A DNA stretch of 60,803 nucleotides, counting the filler, from Basidioascus undulatus (taxonomy: Eukaryota): assembly GCA_000826855.1 (NCBI GenBank). It is 6 parts of 6 records of this genome, joined end to end, with 100 filler letters (N's around TTAATTAATTAA, not from the genome) between each part and the next. Parts side by side here need not be neighbours in the genome. Positions count along the whole stretch, not along the records: positions 33,972 to 40,606 come from JTLS01001702.1; positions 40,707 to 47,341 come from JTLS01001703.1; positions 47,442 to 54,074 come from JTLS01001704.1; 3 more parts are not named here. One strand, given 5' to 3'. The translations under genes and the position numbers were made by a program. The number at the start of each line of letters is the position of its first letter. Positions within the stretch are counted from its first letter, which is position 1. Positions 36,480-49,235 of this stretch are shown piece after piece. The notes beneath the pieces are model-generated. The model did no database searches and had not been told where the DNA came from. It saw only the letters and a list, made by a program, of their open reading frames with translations.

Positions 36480-37564
36480 CCTGTACTTTACCATGTCCAA
36501 CCCCACGCGTGCTTTAATGAAGTGGGCTGGAGAGGTCCGAATACTGCAGCAGTCACCGACGTGCGCCCCTGCGTTTCTTTCGAAACTTGAAGCATGGAGC
36601 CGTCGGTGGCCCAGCAGAGCGATTCCGTTATGGGGATGTGGGCGGCTGTCTGGGCTGTGCACTGCAGGTACGACCGTATCAGCTGTTCATAGGACGATTG
36701 CCCCTGTTCCCTCGCTTGCGCAAGGACAAGGTTAGGTAAGAAAGTCTGCAGATGAACATTTGCGAGCGCCTGTAACAGTTCCGCCTCCCTCATTGGTCCC
36801 AAAATATTCCGGAGGGTCCTCGTCACCACGAAGCGTCCAGCTGCATCTAAGAAGCCGATGTGCAAGGCCTTGATGAAGCCGCACTGCGAGAGCATGATGG
36901 CTGTTCGGCCGAGGGAGCGTGAGGTCAGGCCTGGAGTTCGAACCGTGTAGGCGATGCCAAGGTTCCCCCAAGCTATGCTACTGTAGTCCGTTCGACGCAC
37001 CTGCCGGCTATCGCCTGCATTGTCTCCCACGCAACCCGCCATTCATGTGGTATCTTCCCTGTTGACCGGGCAAGGCTCCGACGCACATGCTGTAGCAGCC
37101 AAGTACAGTCGAACATTTCGTTCTGCCAGTCGGTCAAGGTAATCAGCGCCAGTGTTCGAAGTGGGTAGAGGTGGTGATTCAGGTCACGGTGCAATCCACG
37201 CCCCGCAATGCCAGCATTGATGCGAGAGAGAAAGCCGAAGCCATGCTGTTCAACTGGGGGAGTAAGCAAGTTGTTTATGAAAGCGAAAGTGAGCCCGTAG
37301 TATTCCCTCACCTTACGAGCCATAGCTGCATCCAGCTCCTTCGCTTGCCCCATGCGGATGGGTTGCGCGCGTAAGCGGCCGGTGACCTGCAGGATGATGA
37401 GCTGCTGCACGACACGCTGAACAGCCGAGATGGGAAGGCTTGCCAGGACGAGGGATGGAGAAGTTCTCTATGAGGGAGGTACAGGCGCGGAAACGAACAT
37501 CAGCGTCGTCAATATTTGTATGGAGAAATTGACCCTCCCGTTGTCGCGCCTCCCCGTTTTCCAT
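36480..37564 (-). mobile_element. Degenerate non-LTR retrotransposon fragment (post-RT region and start of RNase H)
   Basis: Broken frames contain LTPPVEQHGFGF..RINAGIA..GLHRDLNHH..LALITLTDW and the RNase H-like start WATDGSM...SVTAAVFGP. These resemble basidiomycete LINE-like ORF2 proteins as I recall them. Confidence 0.6.
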
Positions 37565-38458
37565 GCTGTCCTTGCAGTCCAGACTGTGGACGGCCAGCTC
37601 CTTATCTAGCTCTTTCTAGCTCTTGTCCGTACTGCGTTTAGTTCCACCCCACGTTGAACAGTCCTGTCCACTACACCATGAATTAAAGTACTGCTATGAA
37701 TTTTCAAGAAGACTGTATGGTATGAGAATGAGCTTCCCATGAGACGTTTGTGAGATTGCATGCGAGCTCTCAGGCTCATGGTCCAATACAGCAAGGAGGC
37801 CTTGTAGTCTTCCGGATCAGTGGTTTGCATGCATTGCTTGCTGTACTATAAATGAAATAAAACTTTCATGGACTGAACTTGATCTAGTTTACTTTGCTGT
37901 ATCCCTCACAGAACTGACACACAGTCGCGATCACCCTGTGTCGTAAAGAGGCCGTAAACATTGTGGGATCGGGTCGATGGAATAAGTATCTCGTGTGTGC
38001 AAATATGCTTATGAATAGTTTGTCTGTACCATCTGTAAATAAGAGATATCATGTGAGATTGAAGGCAGGATGCCTTGGCTCGACCGTTTGCAGAGGTCCA
38101 CAAGAGACAAGAGTCCACAAGGAGACAAGAGAACTCACCACGAAACGGACTCCATGCACCCGCACCAAATGCCAAACCATATATTTGCCAGTGCGCTGTA
38201 CTCAAATAAAGGGTGCGAATTTTTACCCAAATCAACGCAAATGGTTGTAGACCCCCAATATTCCCTGGTCAAGATTCCCCTGCTACCCGTCTCCCGGGCC
38301 GTCGACTGCTCCGCTCCGACGCTCGCACCTGCCTTCTCCCCGCGCCCCTTGCTCCTCCCCACGACCTCCCCAACTTACCGAACTCCCTCCAAAATCGACC
38401 TCCCACAGCCTGAACCACGCTAGATCATCCTCATTCTTTTCAATCACTACCCTTCGCA

Positions 38459-39228
38459 ATGGCGACTCCTCTCAACCAGCAGACCTCCGCCGACATCGCT
38501 ACGAATGCGTCCACGGCGCGGATCGGATCGTCCCTCTTCCCAAGTTTATCTACAGCGGGGCTTCTCACTATCTCGCGAACTTTCCTCCTGGTGGAGTTCA
38601 AATCCCTGCTCCGCCGTCTGTGCTCGCCAAGGCGCGCTTGTACCTCTACGGTCTCGTCTCGAACATTCGGAACGGGAAGGCCGACGGTGAGCTCTCATCC
38701 TCATTCAACAGCTGGCCATCCTTCCAGTTGTACCAGGAACCAGAGAAATCTGACTGAAAGTGGGTTTTATCTTACTCTGGCAGGGGGCCGAGGCGGCGGT
38801 GGAAGAGACCTGCGCGTTCATCCGCAAGCTCGGCCAGTACTTCCAGGACGGTCACTTGTCAGCTTCTATAAAGTAGACCCTCCAGAAAAGGGTTGTCAGA
38901 GGTGGCGTGGTTGTTGACCTAGCAAGCTGAGGCAGAAGTGCTGAACCTGTCGGGGCACAGACGTCGTGTCGTTCGCGCGGCGGACGCTGCGGAGAAGGAG
39001 TCGGAGCTAATGTTCGTGGACATCAACATCGTTCTCGCGAGGGTACGTGATTTGGTTCATGAAACCTCTTGGAACTTCTCGTTTCATACCCAGTATGGCG
39101 TTTTGGAAACGCTCAAAGCTTGTTTTTCCCTGTATATCTCGTTGCAGGCCGGCCTTCTCCCGCTTGCCCAGGGCATACCCGTGCTTGCGAGCCACACGAT
39201 GGCTGACCAGCCCTCGGCGAGCGCGTGA
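38459..39228 (+). CDS. Hypothetical multi-exon protein, no recognisable domain
   Basis: Coding-like blocks are separated by plausible introns: MATPLNQQ.., LAKARLYLYGLVSNIRNGKAD/GAEAAVEETCAFIRKLGQYFQD/QAEAEVLNL..DINIVLAR/..AGLLPLAQG..*. Splice sites were not all confirmed. Confidence 0.45.
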
Positions 39229-40204
39229 GCTGCACGGGCCTTGAGACTGGTTGATAGAAGGTCTGGAGGACATTCTAGGGCTGGGTACAATAGAGGGCAA
39301 AAGGCACTATGAAACTGTTGGGCAAATGGTCGCCGGCTGCTTGCAGCTGGACTACCGTACTGTGTCGTAAGCTGTACGGGAGCGTAGATGCTTCGTTACG
39401 CTCTCGTTGAGATCTATAAGACTAATCTGAGCCGTCAAATCAACCCTTCAGAGGCTCTGGCATGAGCGGGCCACGTCGTGGCTGCCTACCCAGTTCGCTC
39501 TGTTTCGCACCCGTTAGCCGGCAACTAGCGACGTTGAATGCACTCTGTGCGAGGTCCACAAGCAGCTGATGGCCCCTCGGCCGTTATACTGTCTTATTTT
39601 TCCCATTCAATTTGGCTGTTGTTCTGTTGCCCGTGATCGCTTCGTGAATCCACCCAAGCGCAGAAGGCTCCTTCGACACGGACGCGCCTACCTTTATCTC
39701 CCGAGCACTGCCCGGTTGAGGGAAGGTCTCGAAATTTTTTAGAGTTTATCTTCTTCCTCCCTTTATATTTTATGCTGCCGGACCCTGTTTGTCCACGACA
39801 ACCGAGGACAGCAGGGATGCACCGGCGCAGTTGTTCGTCGACTGTCTGCCGCATTCCAGCTGGACGCTGTGTTCCGGGCTTCATCACCGCCTGTTGGACA
39901 TTTTTTAGCCTGCTGGTGAACGAGTGCAGTCTGATTTGTTTCAGTGACGGAGGCGTGTCAGTCGAGGCATGATGGCAAGCACACATTCACTTCTGCAGGA
40001 GCAGTTGCTGGAGGACTTGTCGTTCTGCAAGGGTACAGGCGCAATAATAACTATGGGGCAGCGTAAGGAGTGTGTGTGCGTGTGTCTGGGTAGCGAGAAG
40101 GGGGCTATAGAGTCTAACGGTATTAGGGTATGAAAACGTGCCACGAAGGATGAGCCAGCCACGGTCCATCCCTTCAACTACCGAAACCCCTCACTCGCTC
40201 CTAG

Positions 40205-40606
40205 TCAACCCCGCGCGAGCTTAACCATCCCCGTCCCCTCCTGCCCAAGGACCTCGACCCTGACCTCGCCCTCCTTGCTCTTCTCCGCATCCACGTTCCA
40301 CTCAGCAGTCCACTCCTCCCAGTCATCCCTCCTAGGCTGCGCAACCAGCACGTCCCGCCCCGCCCAGCTGACGACCACCCGCGGCATCTCCGCGCACGTC
40401 GAGCGCAAAGGCGTACCGCCCGGGCGCGAGGCGCAGGCGCTGCGTGAAGGAGGCGGTCGTGCTGAGGTGGATTGTTGAAGAAGGAGTGAGGAGCGCCGCA
40501 GGGGAGAGTGTCCAGTGTGGGGGGGAGTGGGTGAAGGAGGTGGAGGTGGATGAGCGGAGGAAGGACGGCTTTTGGAGGAGGTTGTGGGAGGAGGGGGTGG
40601 AGACAC
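40205..40606 (-). CDS. 3' end of an unidentified gene, cut by contig end
   Basis: GC-rich coding-like terminus ..VVVSWAGRDVLVAQPRRDDWEEWTAEW..VRVEVLG..VKLARG*. The upstream frame is uncertain. Confidence 0.35.
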   Translation of the reverse strand: MSPPPPPTTSSKSRPSSAHPPPPPSPTPPHTGHSPLRRSSLLLQQSTSARPPPSRSACASRPGGTPLRSTCAEMPRVVVSWAGRDVLVAQPRRDDWEEWTAEWNVDAEKSKEGEVRVEVLGQEGTGMVKLARG

Positions 40607-40706
40607 NNNNNNNNNNNNNNNNNNNNNNNNNNNNNNNNNNNNNNNNNNNNTTAATTAATTAANNNNNNNNNNNNNNNNNNNNNNNNNNNNNNNNNNNNNN
40701 NNNNNN
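40607..40706. other. Artificial contig linker
   Basis: N44-TTAATTAATTAA-N44. Confidence 0.98.
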
Positions 40707-41589
40707 TTCAGCTCTGCTATATCACTTACAAGACTCTCTTGAACGTCAGCGGGAAGTGCCGGTGGCCGGCGTGGCAGAGCGGGGTTCGTGGGAGTTGGGC
40801 CAGGTATTGGTGCGCGGGTAAGGGAGTATATGCGTGCGGCTTCTGCGCCTGAAGACTCTGCGAGAACCGCACGGTAGCTGCTCGTTGGCCCCTGTTGAGG
40901 CACGACCACGTTAGCGCATACCCACAAACTCATCTAGTGGCCAACGTACATAAAAACGCAATTCCCCGTGCGAATTCAGTGCCAGCCCGCCTTGGAAAAC
41001 GTCCAGTGCAGGTTGGCCCGCAGTTTGAGAATGGCTGTGTTGACGCTGAATAGAGTGCAGTTCTTGTAGACCGGAACGCGAGGAACGAGCATCTGCAAGT
41101 TCGGCTTCGAGAGCGTCAATGCGCAGCTGCATGGCCTTGACAATATTCTTTGAGTAAGGCCTAGGAAGAATGGGTTAGAGTGGCGGTCGGTCGGCCGTTT
41201 GGAAGTGATGTCACGAAGCTTACTTTCGGCGATCGTTTTCCAGGTTGTAAATGCATGTTTCGCCATTGCGAGTGCACAAGCGACAGATGGGTTTGGTGCC
41301 TGTTGAGATATTGAGCACGACGTCAGCAGTCAAGGGCCGCGCATCTCAAGGCACATCATGCACCGTCGCAGCGTCTGTTTGCCCATTCCACGCGCTTTAA
41401 TGTCAGCTAGCAGTATGATGGGATGCAGACGGCAGAATTGGTTCCAGCTCATACGTTTTCTTCCTGCGGCAAGCATCGCAAGCGATTGATGTTCTAGAAG
41501 CTCTGTTGACGAAGCGTTGCATGGGATATTGGAAGGAAGCAAGGGAATAAAACAATAGCTTACTTTTGCGGCTTCGTAGCGTTCGGCAT
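40707..41589 (-). CDS. Zn(II)2Cys6 transcription factor, 5' portion; 3' part cut by contig end
   Basis: The spliced N-terminus reads MPNATKPQK/RTSIACDACRRKKT/RCD/GTKPICRLCTRNGETCIY. A coiled coil (LQLRIDALEAEL) and GELRFY/GPTS follow. Confidence 0.85.
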
Positions 41590-42922
41590 ACTGAAGAATT
41601 AACAGGGCTAAGACTTCATAGGTGCTGCAGACGCCGAGTATATCGCGATAGACCGTGCTGACAAGCAAGACGGAAGACAAGAGGGGTGGAAAGACAGCGG
41701 CCTTTCCGGATCCCTCAACTGCGCTCTTGGTGTTAAGTAGGAGCGTGGATGGAGCGCTCCGGAGCCTCCGGCGACTGCGGCCCTCAGTCACATGGCAATA
41801 CAACATAATTACAACGCGGCGCGTGCCCATTACCTTGCTTGTTCAGGGTTGACCTTGATAACCTTGTACAACAGACGCGCGGCCGGCGACAGCGTGAATA
41901 TATCAACCTTCAATACCTGTTATTCTGCCATCGTTAGCTGGACGTCAGCTACTGTTGTCAGCTGGGATTACCACAAAGGTGGCAGCGAGGCCGGCAGGGA
42001 AACGCGGCGTTTCAGTGTGCTCCCGAACGGCCTAAGGGCGTGTCTACACGGCGTCTGGCCGGTTTCCCGCTTCATGCCCTTACAGAAAGCTTACGAAGAA
42101 TTGAGATCATCCGATGCAGCAAAGCAGGCATTGGAACCTGCGGCAGCCCCAACAGACTCGGCTGAGAAAGGGACAACACTGTCAATAGCAGCCTCTGAGG
42201 CTTGCATGATAGTGCATACATACTCCACTCGCTTTCGGACATGATGTGAACAAGAAGTGTTACATTACGCGTAAATAGGGGGTGGTGCGTGCTTGTGGTG
42301 GGAGAAGGGAAAAAGACGGGGACGCAAGAAGCCTATAATGAAGAGCCAGACTGAAAAGAGAGCCCAAGTGGTCAATTGAAACTGTGGCGGTGCTAGGCAG
42401 GGACAGCACGCCCAAAATAGCAGTTGCAGAGGTACCTTACGGCTCTGCCGGGGCATGACGGACTCGTAGGGAACCGGGCGGCTGATGGCTTCCGGTACAA
42501 ATCCTAAATGGAAGCGTCATCTTGGCTGCCAGTCATGGAACCTCGGCCATAAACGTCAGAATGCATATCCCCCTCGGATGATGCCTTCCGGCGAACCCTC
42601 ATGTCTGCCCACGTCGCACCTCATCTTCTTTCGGATGCCAGTTACCGGTGGGTCAATACGGTATCATTGATAAATTACCTGGGTATTGTGCATACCCACA
42701 GCGTGACGGTTATTGACCTCCGGCAAATGATCACCTCGTCCTTACAAGTCAAGCTTGAATCGGGAGGTTTGGATGCAGTTCCCAGAGCTGTGCACAGTCA
42801 CGAGGGCTGGTTCGGAACCCTTACCTACATCTGCGTTCCTCTCTCCTATTTTTCTACATCTCTTTCTCAAAATCCCATACACTCCCGCTTCCGTCTGCAA
42901 CCGCTCGCATTAGCCTTTCACA

Positions 42923-44053
42923 ATGTCTTCCGCCACGAAAGCCTCTGCAAACGACTGTATCGCCGCGACCGACACAGTCCGCCAGTCCGAGGTTGATGTG
43001 CTGATCATCGTAGGAGTCTTCAAAGATTCTATGGAGTTGGAGATCCCATGAAGCAGCGATACTCAAGCAGGTTTTCCAGGGAGCTGGCCCTGCTGGCATG
43101 ATGGCCGCCAACTGGCTTGCTCGGTACTGGGAGCCTTACGGCGTCACGTAAGTACTCTCACTTATTCACCTACATTTCCCTTCTTCCATACAGACGAGCT
43201 CACACATCTATGGTGAATAGTACCCGCATCATTGACAAGCGCAGCGGCAAGCTTGAGAACGGCGAGTCCTTCCAGCAGACTTACTTCTGTGGGCACTTAA
43301 CACGACCAATGGTGCCTTCCGCATCCTTGTTTTTGCCGGAAACGTCGCGCAGCCGAGACCAATGAGTCATCTTAGGAAGTTTGCCAAGTACCTCGACGGG
43401 CCAGAGAGTGTTGTCAGCAAGTATACGCCGTCCAACCAATCACGCGACAGCGTCATTGACGTTATCACCATACGTGCGTCCTGGACCTTCTGTGTTAGCT
43501 GTCTCAATCTGCTTACGCTGAAAGCTTTGTCTTTAGACTCCTCCCGACGTGAGGAGGTTAGCCTCTACAACCTGCCGCAGCCCAGCATCTTCCTCCCGCA
43601 CAACTACAAAAAGATCTTCGTTGACGGGCCATCTTGTACGTGCCTCAAAGTTACAAGTAAAATTGGCATTGTATGTGTTGATGTTTTTGACCAGACCACC
43701 GCGGTGACGGCAAGGCATACGAGGCGTATGGCATCTCAAAGGACATCGGCGCCATTGTTGTCGTTCGTCCTGACCAATGTACGTCACAGAACCTACCTCT
43801 GACGAGTTCCTCCGCTCAATCCGCTCCATATTTTTCCATAGATGTGTCGCTCGTCGTCGGCCTAGATGACACGGACAAGCTCGACAGCTACTTTGCCTCC
43901 TTCATGAAGCCGGCGCCGTGCGGCGGCTTCCCCGCCTCCAAGATCAAGCTTGTACGCCCGCCAGACTGGCACAGCATTCGTGTGGAAGCTATCGCGAAGG
44001 AGGAAGAAACTCCTTTAGCTACGGTGACCGCGCGGACAGCGGTATGGGCTTGA
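42923..44053 (+). pseudogene. Phenol 2-monooxygenase-like FAD monooxygenase with most of the catalytic domain deleted
   Basis: The N-terminus VDVLII/GAGPAGMMAANWL..RIIDKRSGKLENG joins within about 50 nt, out of frame, to the C-terminal dimerisation domain NGAFRILVFAG..KIFVD..GKAYEAYGI..GAIVVVRPDQ/YVSLVVGLDD..YFASF. Confidence 0.85.
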
Positions 44054-44696
44054 TCTCTTTAAGACTTTAATGGGGTGGCACTGTCTTTCAACACATCTGC
44101 CAATATGAGATATGCAATATCTCTGGAACTCTGCGTGCACTGTCCTTCACACGTCCTGCCACTCTGCTTAAGGGTCATCTCCCTTCCCATTGGCATAGCG
44201 TGTATTTCTCAGCTTTCTTTCCAGCGATACAGTAAGTGCCAGACAGTCAATGTCAGGCTGCTTTCCGGAGCTTTTATCGATGCGACGTGTGGCTCTTGAT
44301 CGCAGCGATATCAGACCTTTTTTTGGTCCTGACTAAGACAAGTACAACTTCTTTCACAATGCGTATGCGCCTAGGAGGGACAAGGGATACCTGATGAGTA
44401 ATTATTTATCCGATGCGTGTACGGGATGCGAGACTGCTTTGCATAGACCCAATCTACGTAGCATTCTATTTCTCTTCATTGCAGACGCGCAACATTCTCT
44501 TCTGGTATTTTTCATGAGTTACCTATGCCTGCTAACCTGCTAGCTTAGCCCGTTTTGAAACAGGTGGATCCTCTCGCTCCTTCTCTTTGCACGTCTTCCA
44601 GCCCCTGCAACTCGACTCGTCCGTCCTACAGCAAGATACGGTCCGCATGTGCGTGTAAATTACAAGCAGCCTTCGTTTGCACGGTTGCAAGTGTCG

Positions 44697-45076
44697 CTAG
44701 GCCTCCTTGACCTTCTTCATGTCCTCGTCGGTCTCCATGGGCATTCCTTGGTTGTGGGCGGTGAGACCATCGGCCCTCCTTTCTTGCGCCTGTGTTCCTG
44801 AAAGGACGACAAACATGGTCAGCAAGTTTCGATAGTGCTGCAACTAACTGGCACACTACCAAATTCAACGCAAATTCAACACTCACGGTAATCTGCACCC
44901 AAGCTTGCTTATCTTCGCCAAGTCCTCATAGGTGTCCGTGAGCATTTCCTGGTTTGCAGCCCATGAGTATATTGATACTTTCCCAGGGGTAGTGCGCGTA
45001 GGGCAGTGGTAGTCAGGATGCGGATGAAGCCTGTGCGGGAGAGAATTGGGAGGGCGCGGAAGGCGAGGGAATACAT
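44697..45076 (-). CDS. Possible small spliced gene or remnant with a mitochondrial-presequence-like start
   Basis: MYSLAFRALPILSRTGFIRILTTTALRA is Arg/Ser/Thr-rich with no acidic residues. A GTGAGT..TTTCAG intron lies downstream. Frame continuity is uncertain. Confidence 0.25.
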
Positions 45077-45705
45077 TGTTGGCGGGCAGCGCAGACAGAG
45101 AATGTTGAAACGACAAGGGAAAGAAATAAAAGGTGGTATTTCCCGGTTTTATGTGTAGGGTGAAGGTGGAGAGATCGTCGAGAGCGAAGGTGAGATGGAG
45201 AGACAAGCAGGGACCAAGGAGTTGACGCGTGATGGCGCCGGTGCCTCTCGATTTTCGCTCATCACACGCCACTTATACCTGGAATTTGTGGGAGTAATTC
45301 CAGTTATTCTGACTCCGGGGGTATAGACATACTCGCGACGCCGGGCACAGGTCTTGAGAAGATGAAAAGACCTCAGATTCAGCGTTCGCTGTTTGGCGGA
45401 AGGTCTCCAACAATGGGGACAGTTACAGTTACACTTATGCATATTTAGGGGACAGGTATTTCAGCATACAAATATTATGGAACAAAAAGACGTGTAAGCT
45501 CAGTCTTGATGCTGTGGCATCGTTGAACTGAGACGTTGCAGTGCTTTCTGACCCAGAAGTCTCGCAATTTAGAGCTTTCCGTGGATTGAAAGAATAATCG
45601 AGAACGTATACAATTCTCAATTGTTAACCTGCCGTGGTCACTGCTGTTGTCTGTGGGCTCCCAGCGTGGTTGTAGAGCTTGTGTCGAACAGTGCGCCGTG
45701 ACGCC

Positions 45706-45747
45706 GAAGCCCGTCCGCATGTCGTGAAAGCCAGTCCGCATGTCGTG
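45706..45747. repeat. Two-copy 21-bp tandem repeat
   Basis: GAAGCCCGTCCGCATGTCGTG and AAAGCCAGTCCGCATGTCGTG are identical at 19 of 21 positions. The minus strand reads HDMRTGF twice. Confidence 0.8.
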
Positions 45748-47039
45748 CCGCCGGAGACTGCTCACTGCTCTGCCTGCCTTCGAGCGGTTCCATGGTAATC
45801 CTCTTCCACTTTCGTGAATAATTCGGACCGCTCGGATAACGGGACATAGTACCCTCCCGCCTTCCAGTCAGCTCCGACCGCGGTTCTTTCCAAACCATCG
45901 CCGCGAGCAGTGCCTTCGCGTCGCAGTCGCTCGAGGTCCGCCTACACCGGTCCCTTCCCCCGTGGCTGGACCACTCCTGAACAGTTTTATGTAGGTATGA
46001 GCTCCGTGTGAAATGGTATACCGTCCATGCGCCCACAGGCGACGGGCCACGCACACTGGCGCCGCTCGTTGCGCAGCAGCGCCAGCAGCAGCTCGCGGAA
46101 GATTTTGGCCTCTGGGGCCAGGCGCAGCTGATGATATCTGTACGTCCATCTTGACCTCCTAGGTCACCTCATCATTTTTCTCAACATCGTTATTGACGCG
46201 CTGTACGCCCACTCAGCAGACCCCGCGCCCCGATGACTTCAACCCACCGCCGGGGTCCACCGACCTCGCCTCGACGATCCGCGCATACGCGGATCGTGTC
46301 TAACAGAGTTGCAGGAGAAGGCCAGGATGGGGTCTTGCAGGTGCGGGACTGTCTCGCCCCAAGAGCGAGGGAGGATGGCTAGCTCTCGGACACTCAAATA
46401 AGTTGTAGCCGGCTTGAATAGGCCGGCGGCTGATTCCTGCACGCCTCCCTTTGGCTCCAGGATAAGTACTGGCTGACGTCCACCTTCTACAGAGGCGCGG
46501 ATCAAGACTGGACACACGCGCCCTTCAAGGTGGGAAGTCAATGCAGAGTGCCGTCTTGATTAGAGGGAACATTGTGGATTGCGTTTTAACTATGGAAATT
46601 CATATAAATGGGGTGTGGGTGGCCGCAACCGTGGTCGAAGAGAGGGACGGGTATGAAGCGATGGGGCGGCGGTGAACAATGAAATTGCGACGCGTTGATT
46701 CTCTGAAAGAAGGAAATGTCGCTCAAGTCTGCGTTCATGTAAATCGTCTTGGAATCCTCATACTCTGCAAGCACCCTTCAGGAGTGACCGCATCGTCCCT
46801 TGAAAGTGTACTCTCACCGCCGCCGTGCGTGCAGAAACTATCTCTCGTCACATACCCGACCATCTCTTTCCATACCATTCTACTTGACTGAAAATCAGTT
46901 TCCAGGGCTATCCCACCGAATGGCAGCACTCTCAACTTCTGCCCACGCATCTCTCTTAATGAACTACATTCCTGTACGCCTGCTCGCAGGCACGCCGCTC
47001 AACAAACCCAACATCAAAACTCTGCTCCTCCCTCTCCCG

Positions 47040-47341
47040 TCAGTGCTCCACGTCCTCCCAGCTCCTCCCCACCGTCTTAGCGAGGTCCGCAGCCGTGAGC
47101 GTCTTGCTGCCCGAGTAGTAGCCCGCGACGATCTTTGCGTCAATCTCGACGCGGCTGTCGGGCGGGATGAGGTCGTCCGGGATCTCGTACCGCTGCTCGT
47201 ACGGGGTTAGGCGTTAGACACGAGCATCGGAAGAGGTGAGAAAGACGAAATTTATTGAGGGGATGGGAGAAGGGAAGTGGAAAGCGGCTGGGGAGGGAGA
47301 GAGGGGGGGGGGCAGGGGAGAGAGAGGAGGCTGACCGTCGG
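47040..47341 (-). CDS. URG1: Last exon (47040-47192) and preceding intron of a Urg1/Urc1-like GTP cyclohydrolase II family protein
   Basis: RYEIPDDLIPPDSRVEIDAKIVAGYYSG..DLAKTVGRSWEDVEH* matches the C-terminus of fungal Urg1 proteins as I recall it. Confidence 0.75.
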
Positions 47342-47441
47342 NNNNNNNNNNNNNNNNNNNNNNNNNNNNNNNNNNNNNNNNNNNNTTAATTAATTAANNN
47401 NNNNNNNNNNNNNNNNNNNNNNNNNNNNNNNNNNNNNNNNN
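47342..47441. other. Artificial contig linker
   Basis: N44-TTAATTAATTAA-N44. Confidence 0.98.
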
Positions 47442-47509
47442 TCCTTGCCTCCTGCGTCCCTTGCTTCCAGCTCGCTCACGCTCTCTCCCCCGCCCCATCC
47501 CCATCCCCG

Positions 47510-47773
47510 GTGCTTCCACTGCCCACCGCCGACCCCCCGACTCTGCTGTCCATCGCGCTGCGCGCAATGGAGTACCACCGCGCCGTACTGTCGTCCTTGC
47601 CGAAGGACAAGGGGACGGACGAGGACGAGCGCACGCTTTTGAAGCGACTGAAGGAGGACGGGAAGGCCGCGGGGCGAGAGGAGGACTGGAGAATCCTAAA
47701 GGAGGCCGAGAGGCTCGTCAAGGCTACGGCGGAGCTGAGGAAGGTGTGGAGGGAGGTTGCTGCTGCTGGGTGA
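47510..47773 (+). CDS. 3' end of an unidentified helical protein, cut by contig start
   Basis: GC3-rich open frame ..LLSIALRAMEYHRAVL..WRILKEAERLVKATAELRKVW..*. Confidence 0.45.
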   Translation: MLPLPTADPPTLLSIALRAMEYHRAVLSSLPKDKGTDEDERTLLKRLKEDGKAAGREEDWRILKEAERLVKATAELRKVWREVAAAG

Positions 47774-47994
47774 ACGTGAAAGGGACTGCGTGTGGGACAG
47801 TGCGCCATGTGATGTCTTGTTGGTCGCAGACATTTCTGTTTACTGTTCAAAGCGAAAATTGAGACGCCGAGTTCACTCGACCCGGTACGGTAGGCAGTCC
47901 CCGCCGTGATTGACGATGGCTCGAGCTCGATAGGCTGCAACATCCGGTAGGGGCCAAACGCGCAGACACACACCTTGGGACACATGACAGCTCT

Positions 47995-49235
47995 TTATAC
48001 GCTCGCCTTCCGCTTGAATGTTTTCAGCAAAGACACATTCGCCGTCCCGTCGTCCGCGCGAGTGATCCGATACTCCCGCAACACCTGATTACCCTTATAG
48101 TCTCGCCCACCACTCCCCCAAACCGGTAGAGTGATGCTCTGCAAGTGTGGAAGCGTCCCCGCAAGCTCCAGCGCGAGTGAGTCCCCCATGTTCCCCGCCT
48201 CCACGTCCAGCAGCTTCAGCAGCGCTTCCAGCGGAGCCTCGGCGGACTTGAGAGCGGTTTTCGCCGCTTCAATGTGACGTTCAAACTCGGCGCACTCCTC
48301 GTGCGGACCATTGCGCCACCTCGAGCTCCAAGGAGTAATTTATCGATTCGGTATCGCGCGGATGCCGTGGAAAGCTCCGCACGATTGGGAGTTTTGGGAG
48401 CAGGAATGTCGACTTTGAGCGTCGTTAGGGTCGACGAGCACTTGGCAAGCAAATGCGCAATCTGAACGTAAGAAATCGAAAAGCTTAGCGATCATATCAG
48501 TTAAAGAATACCACTTCACTTGTTCGACAGCCGCATTCTGTGGGCCGAATCCTGCGAGGACGACCTCCGGGAGTGACAGATGAACGAGATTTGGGAAGTG
48601 TGTTGAAAGCTCGTCGAGCGTTTCGAGCTCAATCGTGAGATCTTGTGAGAAATCGGGCGTCTACACACGATCTTACTTCGAGGAAGGACAAGCAAGGCCA
48701 GAAGCATCGGTGCTCGATAATGGCGAGAGTGGGAAGACACCGCATGGAAAGCTCCATCTGGTAGAGGTCGTCGGAAGAAGATCACGAGAAGGGCGCGACC
48801 CAGGTAAGAGACTGTAGGTCGTGCATATCGTCCACGCGCCTCTGCAGGAAACTCTCGAGGTGGATTCCCAAGTTTGGGTCGAGCCGATCACCAGCGACGA
48901 TTCGGAGATACCTGGAAAGGCGGTGTGAGGGCCAGCACATGCCTATCTTCGTCGACCGCGACACACGCAGCGAGTGTGACGCAGCGCATCAGAATTATTC
49001 AACCACCTTAAAACGGGTAGTCGGACGGGGCGCTCCGCGTTCACGGTCACGAAGGACCACAGAACCGGCTGTGCGAGAGTGAGGAAAAGTCTCGAGGTGA
49101 CGCAGAGATTCTGCTGAGCCCATTGAGCGAACGTCGATTCCATAGGATCGTGACGGAGAAAGCGATCGCATGCGAGATCGACACCGAGATATTGACGATC
49201 TTGGCGAGAAGTTCAGTGGGAAGAGGACGAGGCAT
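47995..49235 (-). pseudogene. F-box-like/LRR-like protein pseudogene
   Basis: MPRPLPTELLAKIV is followed by an immediate frameshift to NLCVTSRLFLTLAQPVLWSFVTV. Later LRR-like units (CSSTLTTLKVD, LPHLQSITL) lie in other frames. Confidence 0.6.

Noticed and set aside
45750..46900. Coding-like minus-strand fragments next to the 21-bp repeat
   Set aside because: There is no continuous frame or identifiable family.
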